A stretch of 64,000 bases of DNA from an uncultured Bacillota bacterium (GTDB lineage Bacteria; Bacillota_I; Bacilli_A; RFN20; CAG-826), in the NCBI GenBank assembly GCA_949293555.1, contig CASFDV010000001.1, positions 238,605 through 302,604 of the forward strand. The letters are read 5' to 3'. Numbering within the stretch: the stretch's first letter is position 1; every line of letters starts with the position of its first letter. Below the pieces are notes generated by a model. That model had not been told where the DNA came from. It saw nothing but the letters and a program-made list of their open reading frames with translations, and did not search any database. Below are positions 16,177 to 28,175 of this stretch, piece after piece. The position numbers and the translations under genes were made by a program.

Positions 16177-17403
16177 TTAGATCGCGAAGACGCCGTTCTC
16201 GAAGAGGACGACTTCCTTCCCATCCTGGTCGATGCCGACGATCTTGAGGTCCGGGGTGCCGATCATAAAGTCCACGTGGCTGAGGGACTTGTTGATCCCG
16301 AACCGATGGATGTCCTCCGCGGTATAGCGCTCGAAGTCGGGATAGAGATTGGTGAACCCGCGCCCAAGGGCGAGGTGGCAGCAGGCGTTCTCATCGAATA
16401 GGGTGTTATAGAAGAGAATGCCGGTCTGGTTGATGGGAGAATCCCAGGGCACGAGAGCGCATTCCCCAAGGTAGGCGCTGCCTTCGTCGAGCCCAAGGAT
16501 CGACTGGAGGACCTCCTCCCCGACCTCGGCATGGGCTTCGACGGCCTTGCCTCCCGCGAAGCGGATCCAGAACTTATCGACAAGCTGCCCGTTGTAGTTG
16601 AGGGGCTTGGAAGCGTAGACGACGCCTTCCGCCTCGCCTTTCATCGGGGAGGTGAAGCATTCCTCGCTCGGGATGTTGGGCTGAAAGAAGGAGCCGGACA
16701 TCGTCTCCTCCCCGCCGGCGAGCCAGCGGACCCCGGGGATGAGCCCGACGGTGAGGTCGGTTCCGTTCCCGGCGACGTAATGGAGCTTCCGGAGATGGAG
16801 GCCGTTCAGCACCTCGCACTTCGCCTTGAGGGTCGCCTCGTGCTTCTCCCAGTTCTCAACGGGATCGCCATGGTCGGCCCTGGCACAATGGAGGATGGCT
16901 TCCCAAAGGGCATCCACCGCCTGGCACTTCGTCTTGTGGGGAAACACCTTCTTCGCCCAGGGAATCGTCGGGGCGCCGGCGATCGTCCACTGGTAGCGGT
17001 TCTCGCGGGCGTCGATGAAGTGGCGGACGGCCTCGTGCCGCCGCGCCTTGATCTCGGCGATCTTGTGGGCGTCCAGGCCCTTGAGCCCGTCAGGGTCGTC
17101 CCCGTCGAGCCAGATGGTCACGGGAAGCTCGTCGGTGAGGAACTGCTGCCAGCCGTATTCCTGAGGAAGGGTCTCGGACAGGCTCTTCACCTTGCCTAGG
17201 CGGTAGTCGGCCCTGTCGGTCCTGGCGCTCTCCCAGCGGTAGAGCACCCTCTTGGCCCCGAGCTTGTAGCATTCCCGCCCGACAAGCTCGGCGAAGCGTT
17301 CGAGGGCGACGTTCGCCCGGATGACGACGTATTGTCCCCTCTGGACGTTTCCTCCGACCCTCGCGATGAGCTCGGCGTAGGACTTCAGCTGCGCGATTCT
17401 CAT
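16177..17403 (-). CDS. M29-family aminopeptidase (AmpS/PepS-like)
   Basis: 408 aa from ATG 17403, with GGAGG 6 nt upstream. N-terminus MRIAQLKSYAELIARVGGNVQRGQYVVI and C-terminus SLSHVDFMIG are typical of M29. Confidence 0.82.
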   Translation of the reverse strand: MRIAQLKSYAELIARVGGNVQRGQYVVIRANVALERFAELVGRECYKLGAKRVLYRWESARTDRADYRLGKVKSLSETLPQEYGWQQFLTDELPVTIWLDGDDPDGLKGLDAHKIAEIKARRHEAVRHFIDARENRYQWTIAGAPTIPWAKKVFPHKTKCQAVDALWEAILHCARADHGDPVENWEKHEATLKAKCEVLNGLHLRKLHYVAGNGTDLTVGLIPGVRWLAGGEETMSGSFFQPNIPSEECFTSPMKGEAEGVVYASKPLNYNGQLVDKFWIRFAGGKAVEAHAEVGEEVLQSILGLDEGSAYLGECALVPWDSPINQTGILFYNTLFDENACCHLALGRGFTNLYPDFERYTAEDIHRFGINKSLSHVDFMIGTPDLKIVGIDQDGKEVVLFENGVFAI

Positions 17404-17563
17404 GGCTTTACCTCCAAGTAATTTTTGCGGGCATATGGTATCAAAGCGATTTTTGCTTTCAAGGTTGTGTTTCTTGCCTCCCCGCAAAACACGAACGTTT
17501 ATGAATGCGCTACTCAGAGTAGAGTTCCAAGGAGATAATTAGGAAAACGTTGGAGGAACAAGG

Positions 17564-18229
17564 ATGGCAAAGCTGACGAGCAAGCTGGAAGCGACGAGCT
17601 TCTCCCGCGGATCCGGGAAATGGATCGCCCTGACATTGGTGGAGGCCGCGCTGTTCATCGTCGCGGGAATCCTCACGATCTGCTTCTACCAGAAGACGTT
17701 CGACGTGATGTTCCCCGCGATCGGATCGCTCCTCATCGTGATCGGCCTCGTCCGCGTGCTTCTCGGATTCCTTCCCGTCCTCCTTGCGAGGGACAAGGAC
17801 GCCGAGGGCAGAAAGAAGGTCCGCGAGAAGATTCGCTACGGGATGCTTGTCGCGGCCGGGGTGTTCCTCGCCCTTGGGATCGGGCTGATCATCCTCTACT
17901 GCACGGGAAACAAGCTCGGGATCACCCAGTTCCTCGAGACCGCGATCACGCTCATCGCCACCATCTTCATCACCATCGGCGCCCTCGCGCTCCTCTTCGG
18001 GATCGCGCTTCTCATTGGCAAGGTGGAACGGACGATGATGTCCGTGGCCATCATGGTGGTCGGGCTTGCCGCGATCGCAGGAGGTATCGTCCTGTTCATC
18101 TATAACGACCAGTCCGGGGTCATTCTCCAGGCGCTCACGATCATCATCGGCATCCTCGTCGCGGGAGTGGGGGTCTATCTCGCCTACGACGCCTTCGCCG
18201 CCCTTTATTCCAGGAACAAGAGGAAGTAG
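17564..18229 (+). CDS. Multi-pass membrane protein, unknown family
   Basis: 221 aa with about 6 TM segments. Strong SD GGAGGAACAAGG. Confidence 0.65.
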   Translation: MAKLTSKLEATSFSRGSGKWIALTLVEAALFIVAGILTICFYQKTFDVMFPAIGSLLIVIGLVRVLLGFLPVLLARDKDAEGRKKVREKIRYGMLVAAGVFLALGIGLIILYCTGNKLGITQFLETAITLIATIFITIGALALLFGIALLIGKVERTMMSVAIMVVGLAAIAGGIVLFIYNDQSGVILQALTIIIGILVAGVGVYLAYDAFAALYSRNKRK

Positions 18230-18244
18230 GGAAGCCACCTTAAG

Positions 18245-18268
18245 AAAAACGCCCGGCCGGGCGTTTTT
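18245..18268. terminator. Bidirectional intrinsic terminator
   Basis: AAAAACGCCCGG|CCGGGCGTTTTT: a perfect 24-nt palindrome with A and T runs, between convergent genes. Confidence 0.8.
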
Positions 18269-18875
18269 ATTTCGCGAGTTCCTTCGCTCCCGTCAGTTCC
18301 AGGAAGCGGGGCAGTCGCTCGCACCAGTCGCAGAACTCGTGCCATTCCTTCAGCTTGTGGTGCCGTCGCTGAATGTACATCGTCTTCAACTGCTGGTAGT
18401 TGGTGACCATCGTCGCGGCGAGCATGAACCCGGAGGGAAGGGAGGCCACGATGGTCCTCCACTTGGCTTTCTGCTCGTCCCGATGCTCCTCGTCGTCGGG
18501 GATGGCGCGGTACTCCCGGACCATTTCCTCGATCCTCGCAAGGACAACGGGATCGGTCTCCTCGACGCACTGCTCGCGGACATCGAACTTCAGGAGGCAG
18601 TGCATCGTCGACTGGCTGGAGACGAAGTCGAACCAGTGGTAGCGCTGCGCCTCCTTCCACCAGTAAAGGGGGGCCCTGACGTCGACCTGCAGGGTGATGC
18701 CTTTCAGGAAGTTGTCATGCCCGAGGCCGTTCTGGGCCGATCCGAGCCGGGAGGCCCGGAGGAAGTCCTTCTCCCCTGGGTCCGTGAGATCGAGCTTCGT
18801 CCTCATTGGGTTCCCGGATGCCTTTACTGCCCTTTCAAGGCCATAGACATATTCATTTCCAATCGAAAATCCCAT
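18267..18875 (-). CDS. Divergent ThyX (Thy1)-fold protein lacking the canonical RHRxxS...SxRY motif
   Basis: 202 aa from ATG 18875, with AAGGAG 6 nt upstream inside the folD 3' end. An alternative ATG at 18881 overlaps the folD stop. GHDNFLKGITLQVDVRAPLYWWKEAQRYHWFDFVSSQSTMH is collinear with T. maritima ThyX [39 protein letters not shown], as recalled. The C-terminal NYQQLKTMYIQRRHHKLKEW corresponds to [20 protein letters not shown]. Confidence 0.55.
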   Translation of the reverse strand: MGFSIGNEYVYGLERAVKASGNPMRTKLDLTDPGEKDFLRASRLGSAQNGLGHDNFLKGITLQVDVRAPLYWWKEAQRYHWFDFVSSQSTMHCLLKFDVREQCVEETDPVVLARIEEMVREYRAIPDDEEHRDEQKAKWRTIVASLPSGFMLAATMVTNYQQLKTMYIQRRHHKLKEWHEFCDWCERLPRFLELTGAKELAK

Positions 18876-18877
18876 CT

Positions 18878-19672
18878 TCATCTCCTTTTCGCGGCTTCAA
18901 ACAGGTTCTCCATGAGCGCGAGCCTGGTGAGAAGCCCGACTCCGCCGGGCACCGGCGTCTGCAAGGCGACCTCCCTTCCGGGAAGGATGTCGCCATGGAG
19001 GCGCCCGTCCTCGCCGCGGTTGATGCCGACGTCGACGAGCCACGCATCCTTCTTGAACTGGAAGCGGTCGTCGAGGAAACCCGCCTTCCCGATGGAAGCG
19101 ACGACGAGATCGGCATGGGCGATATAGAACTTCTCGTCATCGAGGGAAGTCTTGCTATGGAGCAAGGTCACGTTCATATTCCTTGCGGTCAGAAGCCTGG
19201 CCATCGGCTTCCCCACGATGTCCGAGCGACCCAGCACGACGACGTTCTTTCCCTCAAACAGGAAGCCGTTGCCTTCCAAGTACATGAGGATCCCCTTCGG
19301 AGTGCACGCGTCGTACGGAGATAAGGGCCCGAAGCCATCGATATCCTTCTGCGGGGCGATCGCCTCCTGGATTCTTCTAGGAAAGATCCCTTTGGGAAGG
19401 GGCAGCTGGACAATGATGCCGTCAATGGAAGAATCGTTGGAAAGGGCAAGGACAGCCTCCGCGAGCTCGTTCTCAGAAACATCTTCCCCGAAAGGGACAA
19501 GGCGGGAAGAGAAACCGATCTCCTCCGCGTCCTTCCTCTTTCCGCGGATATAGGAGTCGCTTGCAGGGACGTGCCCGACCTGGACGATCGCGATCAAGGG
19601 CGGACGGCCAAAGGCAGAGGCTTCTTTCTTGAGCGCTTCCTTCCTGGCTCGTACGAACTCGCGGACTTCCAT
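18878..19672 (-). CDS. folD: Bifunctional methylene-THF dehydrogenase / methenyl-THF cyclohydrolase
   Basis: LIAIVQVGHVPASDSYIRGKRK, DGIIVQLPLP and PVPGGVGLLT. The start was set to ATG 19672; the track start at 19678 is GTG. Confidence 0.9.
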   Translation of the reverse strand: MEVREFVRARKEALKKEASAFGRPPLIAIVQVGHVPASDSYIRGKRKDAEEIGFSSRLVPFGEDVSENELAEAVLALSNDSSIDGIIVQLPLPKGIFPRRIQEAIAPQKDIDGFGPLSPYDACTPKGILMYLEGNGFLFEGKNVVVLGRSDIVGKPMARLLTARNMNVTLLHSKTSLDDEKFYIAHADLVVASIGKAGFLDDRFQFKKDAWLVDVGINRGEDGRLHGDILPGREVALQTPVPGGVGLLTRLALMENLFEAAKRR

Positions 19673-19680
19673 CGCCACAG

Positions 19681-19686
19681 ATTATA
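19681..19686 (-). promoter_or_regulatory. -10 box TATAAT, 8 nt upstream of folD ATG (leaderless-type)
   Basis: The minus strand reads GGCTATAAT-CTGTGGCG-ATG. Confidence 0.45.
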
Positions 19687-19696
19687 GCCGAGGACT

Positions 19697-19720
19697 GAAA
19701 AACGGGCCGAAGCCCGTTTG
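19697..19720 (-). terminator. Intrinsic terminator after secG
   Basis: The minus strand reads AAACGGGC-ttcg-GCCCGTTTTT. Confidence 0.7.
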
Positions 19721-19740
19721 CCATAACGCGTCCCTTTTGC

Positions 19741-20049
19741 TTAGAGAAGGAAGGGGACCAGGGCGGCCGCCACTGCCGCGCTCTCGGACGTGCCGGTCGT
19801 GTCGGAAGTGCCGGTCGCGCTGTTCAGGACCATGATCAGAAGGGCGAGGAAGAGCCAGACGATGGCGAATCCGAACGTGAGCCATGTGACGATCTTCTGG
19901 CTGCCGCGCTCCTTGGTCTTCGCGAAAACGTTGAGCCCGCCCCCGGTGATCGCGCCGGAAGCGCCCTCGCTCTTACCGCCCTGGAGAAGGGCAAGCACGA
20001 TGATGATGAGCGAGACAACGATGAATATGTAGTCGTACCACTGCAGCAT
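19741..20049 (-). CDS. secG: Preprotein translocase subunit SecG
   Basis: 102 aa, two TM segments, LALLQGGKSEGASGAITGGG motif. Confidence 0.85.
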   Translation of the reverse strand: MLQWYDYIFIVVSLIIIVLALLQGGKSEGASGAITGGGLNVFAKTKERGSQKIVTWLTFGFAIVWLFLALLIMVLNSATGTSDTTGTSESAAVAAALVPFLL

Positions 20050-20196
20050 GATTAATAGGCGCCTTGGCGCGACAAATACTATAGGGATTCCCTTTCTTCT
20101 TGTCTACGTTGGAATTAATCGCTCGTTTCCGCCGAATATTGGCGCGAAGAACAGTCACGATTTTTAGCCACGAACAAATGAAATACCAAATTTTGA

Positions 20197-20841
20197 TTAG
20201 GATTTTGCAGAGATTCCGATCAGAGAAAACGCATCTATCAGATTAGAAGCCTTAAGCCCTAGGTAGCCCTCGTATTCCCCCGGGGTCCGCTCGATGAGGA
20301 CGGATGGGAGGGAAGCCCGCGCGGCGCATTCCATGTCCTGGAGGCTATCGCCGATGTAGCAGGCATTGCCCCTAAGTTCCTCAGGCCAGGCTTCAAGGCA
20401 TCTGAGCAGAGGCTCAGGGTCGGGCTTATGCGCCTCGCAGACATCGGAGCCCACGTAGGACAGGAAATGTCCTTCCAGCCCGTTCGCGGAGAGGATGCCC
20501 TTCACGTGTGGCACCGTGTTGCCGGTGACGATCCCCATCGCGATGCCCAGGCGCTCCAGAAGCGCCAGGGCTTCCCTCGTCTCCGGGAAGGGCTTCGTGA
20601 CCGCGTTCGCCTCGGGGCAATCCAGAAATTTGAGTATCGCTTCCACAAAGGGGGCAATGCTTTCCTTAGGAACGCGGCTTTCCGCGATCGTTTCCTGGAG
20701 GGACTGGTGCATGTAGTGGCGCGCCTCTTCCGCCGTGCAGTCCATGCCCACTTCCTGGAAGCTCTTCCTGAAGATGACGACCATCGCCTCCGCCGTATCA
20801 AAGAGCGTCCCGTCGAAATCGAAGATTACTATCCGTTCCAT
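20197..20841 (-). CDS. HAD-superfamily hydrolase (phosphoglycolate phosphatase/PpaX-like)
   Basis: IVIFDFDGTLFDT motif I, TGN motif II, GDSLQD motif IV. Confidence 0.8.
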   Translation of the reverse strand: MERIVIFDFDGTLFDTAEAMVVIFRKSFQEVGMDCTAEEARHYMHQSLQETIAESRVPKESIAPFVEAILKFLDCPEANAVTKPFPETREALALLERLGIAMGIVTGNTVPHVKGILSANGLEGHFLSYVGSDVCEAHKPDPEPLLRCLEAWPEELRGNACYIGDSLQDMECAARASLPSVLIERTPGEYEGYLGLKASNLIDAFSLIGISAKS

Positions 20842-20843
20842 GT

Positions 20844-22826
20844 CTACCCAAGCATTGCCTTCAGCTCAAAGAGGATGTCCCTGAGCTCGGCCGCCCTCTC
20901 GAACTCATATGCCTTCGCCGCCTCCCGCATCTCCCTCTCGACGGACTTGATTTCCTTTTCAATGTGGGAACGAGGCGAGGAAGAGGTGACCCTGGCCTTC
21001 TTCGGTCCTTCCTCCATATTGGAGAGGGGCGGCCGGATTTCCTTGATGATGGTCATCGGGACGATGCCGTTCTCCTCGTTATAGGCCATCTGGATGGAGC
21101 GCCTGCGATTCGTCTCCTCGATCGCCTCTTTCATGGAACGCGTCACCCCGTCCGCATACATGATGACCTTCCCGTTCGCGTTCCTTGCGGCCCGCCCGAT
21201 GATCTGGATGAGGGAGGTCGTGCTTCTTAAGAAACCTTCCTTGTCCGCGTCGAGGATCGCGATAAGGCTCACCTCAGGAATATCGAGGCCTTCTCGGAGA
21301 AGGTTGATGCCAACGAGGACGTCGTACTTCCCTTTCCGAAGTTCGTAGATGATCTGGGTTCTTTCCAGCGTCTTCGTCTCGTTATGGAGATAGGCGACCT
21401 TGATTCCGCGGGCCTTCATGAACTCGGTTAGGTCTTCCGCCATGCGGATCGTCAAGGTGACCACCATCGTCCTTTCGTTCTTCTCGACACGCTTCCGGAT
21501 CTCGTTCATGAGGTCGTCGACCTGCCCTTGGCTCCTCCTTACGGAAATCTCCGGATCGAGGAGCCCCGTGGGACGGATGATCTGCTCGGCGACCACGCCC
21601 CCCGACTTCTCCATCTCGAAAGGCCCGGGGGTCGCGGAAGTGCAGATGATGCTCTGGGGGGCCAGGGCAAGGAGCTCATCGAACTTAAGCGGCCTGTTGT
21701 CCAAGGCGGAAGGAAGGCGAAAGCCATATTCGACGAGGGTCTCCTTCCGCGACCGGTCCCCGTTATACATCCCGTTCAGCTGCGGGATGGTGACGTGGGA
21801 CTCGTCGATCATGAGCAGGAAGTCCTTCGGGAAATAGTCGATGAGGCACCAAGGGCGCTGCCCGGGCTGCCGCTTGTCGATGTGGCGCGAGTAGTTTTCG
21901 ATGCCTCGGCAAATCCCGAACTCCATCATGGAATCCATATCCTGCCTCGTCCTCATTTCGAGTCTCTCGGCCTCGAGCAGTTTTCCGTTATTCCTGAAGA
22001 ACTGAAGTCTTTCTTCCAATTCTTCGCTGATTGTCCTGCAGGCTTCCTGAATCCTCTTCCTAGTGGAGGCATGGTCGTAGGCAGGATAGACAGGATGCGT
22101 CTTGAAGTAGTTCCTCGCCTTTCCGGTGATCGCGTCGACCTCCGAGATGCTTTCCACCTCATCCCCGAAAAGGGAGATGCGAAGGTAGGTGTCCCCTTCC
22201 GCCATCGGGGCGATGTCGATGATGTCCCCGTGGACCCGGAACGTCCCTGGCTCAAGGTCGTAGTTGGTGCGCCGATACTGGCATTCAACGAGCCGAGCGA
22301 GGAATTCCCCTCGGTCGAGCTCCATCCCTTCCCGGATCTCGAAGGCGAGACCCCGGTATTCCTCCGGGTCGCCTAGCCCGTAGATGGCGGCGACGGAGGC
22401 GACGCAGATGGTGTCGCTCCGATGGACGATCGAGTTCACCGCCGCGCAGCGAAGCATCTCGATCTCGTCGTTCATCACCGCCTCTTTCTCGATGTAGGTA
22501 TCCGTCTTCGGCACGTATGCCTCAGGCTGGTAGAAGTCGAAGTTCGAAACGAAGTACTCCACCCGGTTGTTCGGGAAAAGTTCCTTGAACTCGCCGTATA
22601 GCTGCGAGGCAAGGGTCTTGTTATGGACAAGCACGAGGGTCGGCTTCCCGAGCCTTGCGATGATGTTCGCCGCTGTGAAGGTCTTCCCCGTGCCGGTCGC
22701 CCCGAGGATGACGTTCCATTGATGCCCGCCTTGGATGGAGAGGACGGCCTTCTCGATGGCCTCGGGCTGGTCCCCCGTCGGCTTATAAGGGCTGACCAGT
22801 TCAAAAGGGCGCCTCTCGTATTCCAT
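20844..22826 (-). CDS. uvrB: Excinuclease ABC subunit B
   Basis: 660 aa. GATGTGKTF Walker A, helicase motifs, C-terminal UVR domain (AAKAYEFERAAELRD). Confidence 0.97.
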   Translation of the reverse strand: MEYERRPFELVSPYKPTGDQPEAIEKAVLSIQGGHQWNVILGATGTGKTFTAANIIARLGKPTLVLVHNKTLASQLYGEFKELFPNNRVEYFVSNFDFYQPEAYVPKTDTYIEKEAVMNDEIEMLRCAAVNSIVHRSDTICVASVAAIYGLGDPEEYRGLAFEIREGMELDRGEFLARLVECQYRRTNYDLEPGTFRVHGDIIDIAPMAEGDTYLRISLFGDEVESISEVDAITGKARNYFKTHPVYPAYDHASTRKRIQEACRTISEELEERLQFFRNNGKLLEAERLEMRTRQDMDSMMEFGICRGIENYSRHIDKRQPGQRPWCLIDYFPKDFLLMIDESHVTIPQLNGMYNGDRSRKETLVEYGFRLPSALDNRPLKFDELLALAPQSIICTSATPGPFEMEKSGGVVAEQIIRPTGLLDPEISVRRSQGQVDDLMNEIRKRVEKNERTMVVTLTIRMAEDLTEFMKARGIKVAYLHNETKTLERTQIIYELRKGKYDVLVGINLLREGLDIPEVSLIAILDADKEGFLRSTTSLIQIIGRAARNANGKVIMYADGVTRSMKEAIEETNRRRSIQMAYNEENGIVPMTIIKEIRPPLSNMEEGPKKARVTSSSPRSHIEKEIKSVEREMREAAKAYEFERAAELRDILFELKAMLG

Positions 22827-22828
22827 GC

Positions 22829-23914
22829 CTAGCGCCTCTTCCGCCTGTTCTTCGCCTCGTTATGGATGAGCCCGGTCTCGCGGGTTAGCCCTCCGTGGTA
22901 GCGGCGCTGCCCCTGCCGTTCCTCGTTGACCACGTCCTCCTCGACCTGCCCCCCGCGGAACTTGCTCCGCTTGGCGGTATTCACCAGCGGCCGGAAGCCG
23001 AGCCCATGGATCGTCTGGGCCTGGATCATGGAGACGAAGGCCTTCGGGTCGATGTCCGCGATCTTGTTCCGGAAGACGTTGAGCTCGTTACGGTTCACGA
23101 TGACGCGGAGAATGTCGCGCCGAACGCCGGAATACCCGCCTCTGGCGCGGATGATCGTCGTGCCATGCTCCAGTTCCGTCTCCGCCCAGCGCTGGATTTC
23201 CTCGCGCTTGTCGCTGATGACCTCCACGATGATCGCGGAGTTCCCGCGGATGTAGATGAACTGGATTGCCATCGCCGAGCAAAAGGCGGTGAGGATGCCG
23301 ATGAGGGCGACGAGGATGTCCTGGTAGACGGCCGCGCCTATGAGCACGAGGCTCGCGTCGATCGCGAACGTCCAGATGTCCTCGCGGATAGGAGTGACCT
23401 TCCCAAGGAGGAGGGCGATGATATCGACCCCGCCGGTGGAGCCGTCTCCCAGGAAGCTAATCGCAACGCCCGCGCCCGTGAGGAATCCCCCGAAGAGCCC
23501 CCCGATCAGGTGGCACACGGTCTCGTCCCCACCCGATTGGACAAGCGCGGAAAGCCCCACCACGTCGATGAAGCCCGTCCGGAGGAAAAGGGAGAAGAAG
23601 GCGGGATATAGGAGAGTCGAGAGGAGGGTCCTCGCCGAGAACTTCCAGCCGATGAAGATAAGGCCGATGAGCCAGAAGAGGATCGATGCGGCGGCGACCA
23701 CGATGTCGCTCACGTTGATGCCGGCCAGCGGCTCGATCACCCCGTTCAGGATGATGCCGATCGAAAGAAGCCCTCCGGAGACGATCTCGAGTGGCTCGAG
23801 GAAGCAGGCGGACGCGAAGGCGAGGACGAGGGACCCAAGCACCACGTAAAGGATGTTCCTCCCCTCGCGGATCAGCTCCTTCCGCGGAATTTCCCTAAGC
23901 CTTCGAAGAAGCAT
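22829..23914 (-). CDS. YitT-family membrane protein (DUF2179 C-terminal domain) with basic C-terminal tail
   Basis: 361 aa. A multi-TM N-terminal part, then a DUF2179-like segment (IIVEVISDKREEIQRW...TTIIRARGGYSG), then an Arg/Lys-rich tail of about 50 aa. Confidence 0.78.
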   Translation of the reverse strand: MLLRRLREIPRKELIREGRNILYVVLGSLVLAFASACFLEPLEIVSGGLLSIGIILNGVIEPLAGINVSDIVVAAASILFWLIGLIFIGWKFSARTLLSTLLYPAFFSLFLRTGFIDVVGLSALVQSGGDETVCHLIGGLFGGFLTGAGVAISFLGDGSTGGVDIIALLLGKVTPIREDIWTFAIDASLVLIGAAVYQDILVALIGILTAFCSAMAIQFIYIRGNSAIIVEVISDKREEIQRWAETELEHGTTIIRARGGYSGVRRDILRVIVNRNELNVFRNKIADIDPKAFVSMIQAQTIHGLGFRPLVNTAKRSKFRGGQVEEDVVNEERQGQRRYHGGLTRETGLIHNEAKNRRKRR

Positions 23915-25013
23915 CCTTCGACTCCTTCTCCAGGTAGGAATAGACGAACCCGTCGAGATCCCCGTCCATCACGCCGCTGACGTCGGATGTCTCATGGCCG
24001 GTGCGGTTGTCCTTCACGAGGGTGTAGGGGCAAAACACGTAGCTGCGGATCTGGGACCCCCATTCGATGTTCTTCTGCTCGCCGATGATGGAACGGAGCT
24101 TCTGGTCCCGTTCTTCGATTTTCCTTTGCATGAGGCGATCGGAAAGCATCTCCATGCAGGTCGCCTTGTTCATGAGCTGGCTCCGCTCGATCTCGCACTG
24201 GACGACGATGCCGGTGGGGATATGGGTGATGCGGACCGCCGAGCTCACCTTGTTGACGTTCTGGCCGCCGGCTCCTCCGGAACGGAAGGTGTCGACCCTT
24301 AGGTCCTTGGGATCGATCACGACGTCGCTCACCTTCCCGAACTCGGGGACGACGTTCACGGAAGCGAAGGACGTATGGCGCCTCGCCGAGCTATCGAAAG
24401 GGGAAATCCTGACCAGCCGGTGCACCCCCTTCTCGCCCCGGAGCATGCCGTAGGCGTTATACCCAGAAATTTTCACGGAGACGCTTTTCAATCCCGCCTC
24501 CTCGCCAGGCTCATAGGAAAGGACCTGCCAGGCGAAGCCGTGCTTCTCGGCCCAGCGTGAATACATCCGAAGAAGCATGTCCGCCCAGTCCTGGGCCTCG
24601 GTGCCGCCGGCGCCAGGATGAATCTCGAGGGTGCAGTTCAAGGAGTCGTACTCGCCGCGGAAAAGGAGGGCGGTCCTCAGCCTCTCCACTTTCTCGGAAA
24701 GCTCCTTCTCCTCGCTCTCGACGAGCTCGAGCATGTCGGCATCATCAGGATCCAAAGTAGCAAGAATCTCAGAAAGCTCCGCAGAACCTCTCTTAACGTC
24801 CAAATAATCCTCAAGAGTACCTTTCGCGGCCTTGTAGCGGTTCACGACTTCCAAAGCAGCCTTCTGGTCGTCCCAGAAGGAAGGGTCGCTCTGGGCTTCC
24901 TCGGCCTCCCTTACGATGGTCTCCAGGCGGTCCTGGTCAAAGGGAGTCACCGAGCTGCGATACCAGGCGGGCGATCTCTTGTCCGGCCTGGCGGAGTTCG
25001 ACTAGCTCTTTCA

Positions 25014-25014
<1 letters not shown>
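23895..25014 (-). CDS. prfB: Peptide chain release factor 2, requires programmed +1 frameshift (join 25014..24940, 24938..23895)
   Basis: Frame 0 reads MKELVELRQAGQEIARLVSQLGDSL and ends at CTT TGA C (CTT 24942-24940, TGA 24939-24937). The +1 frame continues DQDRLETIV... and contains SPF and GGQ motifs. The ATG overlaps the secA TAA by 1 nt. Confidence 0.93.
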
Positions 25015-27470
<2,456 letters not shown>

Positions 27471-27492
27471 TCGAAAGTTCCTCCCAAAGGCT

Positions 27493-27509
27493 CAGTGATA
27501 TTATCACTG
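27493..27509. repeat. Perfect 17-nt palindrome CAGTGATA-T-TATCACTG at the comFC stop / secA upstream region
   Basis: Read directly. It overlaps the comFC stop codon (27504-27506) and lies 23 nt upstream of the secA ATG. On the minus strand it contains GATAAT. Confidence 0.6.
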
Positions 27510-28175
27510 CCCCTCCCCCGGGGCAAAACCAATAGCGCTCCCACCCTTTTTCTCGACGTGGGCGAGGACAAGGGCGGAAACGGAACGCGCCCCCTTTTCC
27601 AGGAGCATTTCCCTCATCGCTAGAAGGGTCGATCCCGTCGTCGAGACATCGTCCACGAGAAGGAAGTTCCTCCCCCTGGGATGCTCTTCCTTCCCTTCTA
27701 TGAAAGCAAGGCGGTCCCGGATCTTCCTCCGCTCGGATTCGGATAGGTCGCTTTGCTTGATGGGTGTGGTTTTCTGAAAAAGAGGCTCCATCCGCAGGGA
27801 TAATTGGCTAAAGATCTCGACGACATGGTTATAGCCCCTCTTCTCGTCCCCTTCCTTGGAAGAAGCGGCGGGCACCATGGTCCTCCCGAAGAACCTGACG
27901 TTTAGGTACGGGGCGATCGGGCGGAGGAACAAGGGCGCGAGGACATAGTCCCCGCATCCTTTGAAGAGATACAAGAGGTTTCGGAAATCCTCTCCATAGT
28001 CATAAAGGTAGAGGACTTTCCAGCCATCAAGGGAAAAGGACCTGAGGGAAGGCGAAAGCCTTGCATGGCACCTTTGGCAGATGCCCCGCTCCCCTTCCAG
28101 GAAGGAATGCCATCCCGGGGAGAAGGAGTCAGCCCCGCAAATGAGACAGCGCCTCGTTGGACTTCCTGATTTCAT
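27504..28175 (-). CDS. comFC: ComF-family phosphoribosyltransferase-like protein (ComFC)
   Basis: N-terminal Cys pairs (CLICG...CQRCH) and PRTase motif FLLVDDVSTTGSTL. Confidence 0.8.
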   Translation of the reverse strand: MKSGSPTRRCLICGADSFSPGWHSFLEGERGICQRCHARLSPSLRSFSLDGWKVLYLYDYGEDFRNLLYLFKGCGDYVLAPLFLRPIAPYLNVRFFGRTMVPAASSKEGDEKRGYNHVVEIFSQLSLRMEPLFQKTTPIKQSDLSESERRKIRDRLAFIEGKEEHPRGRNFLLVDDVSTTGSTLLAMREMLLEKGARSVSALVLAHVEKKGGSAIGFAPGEGQ

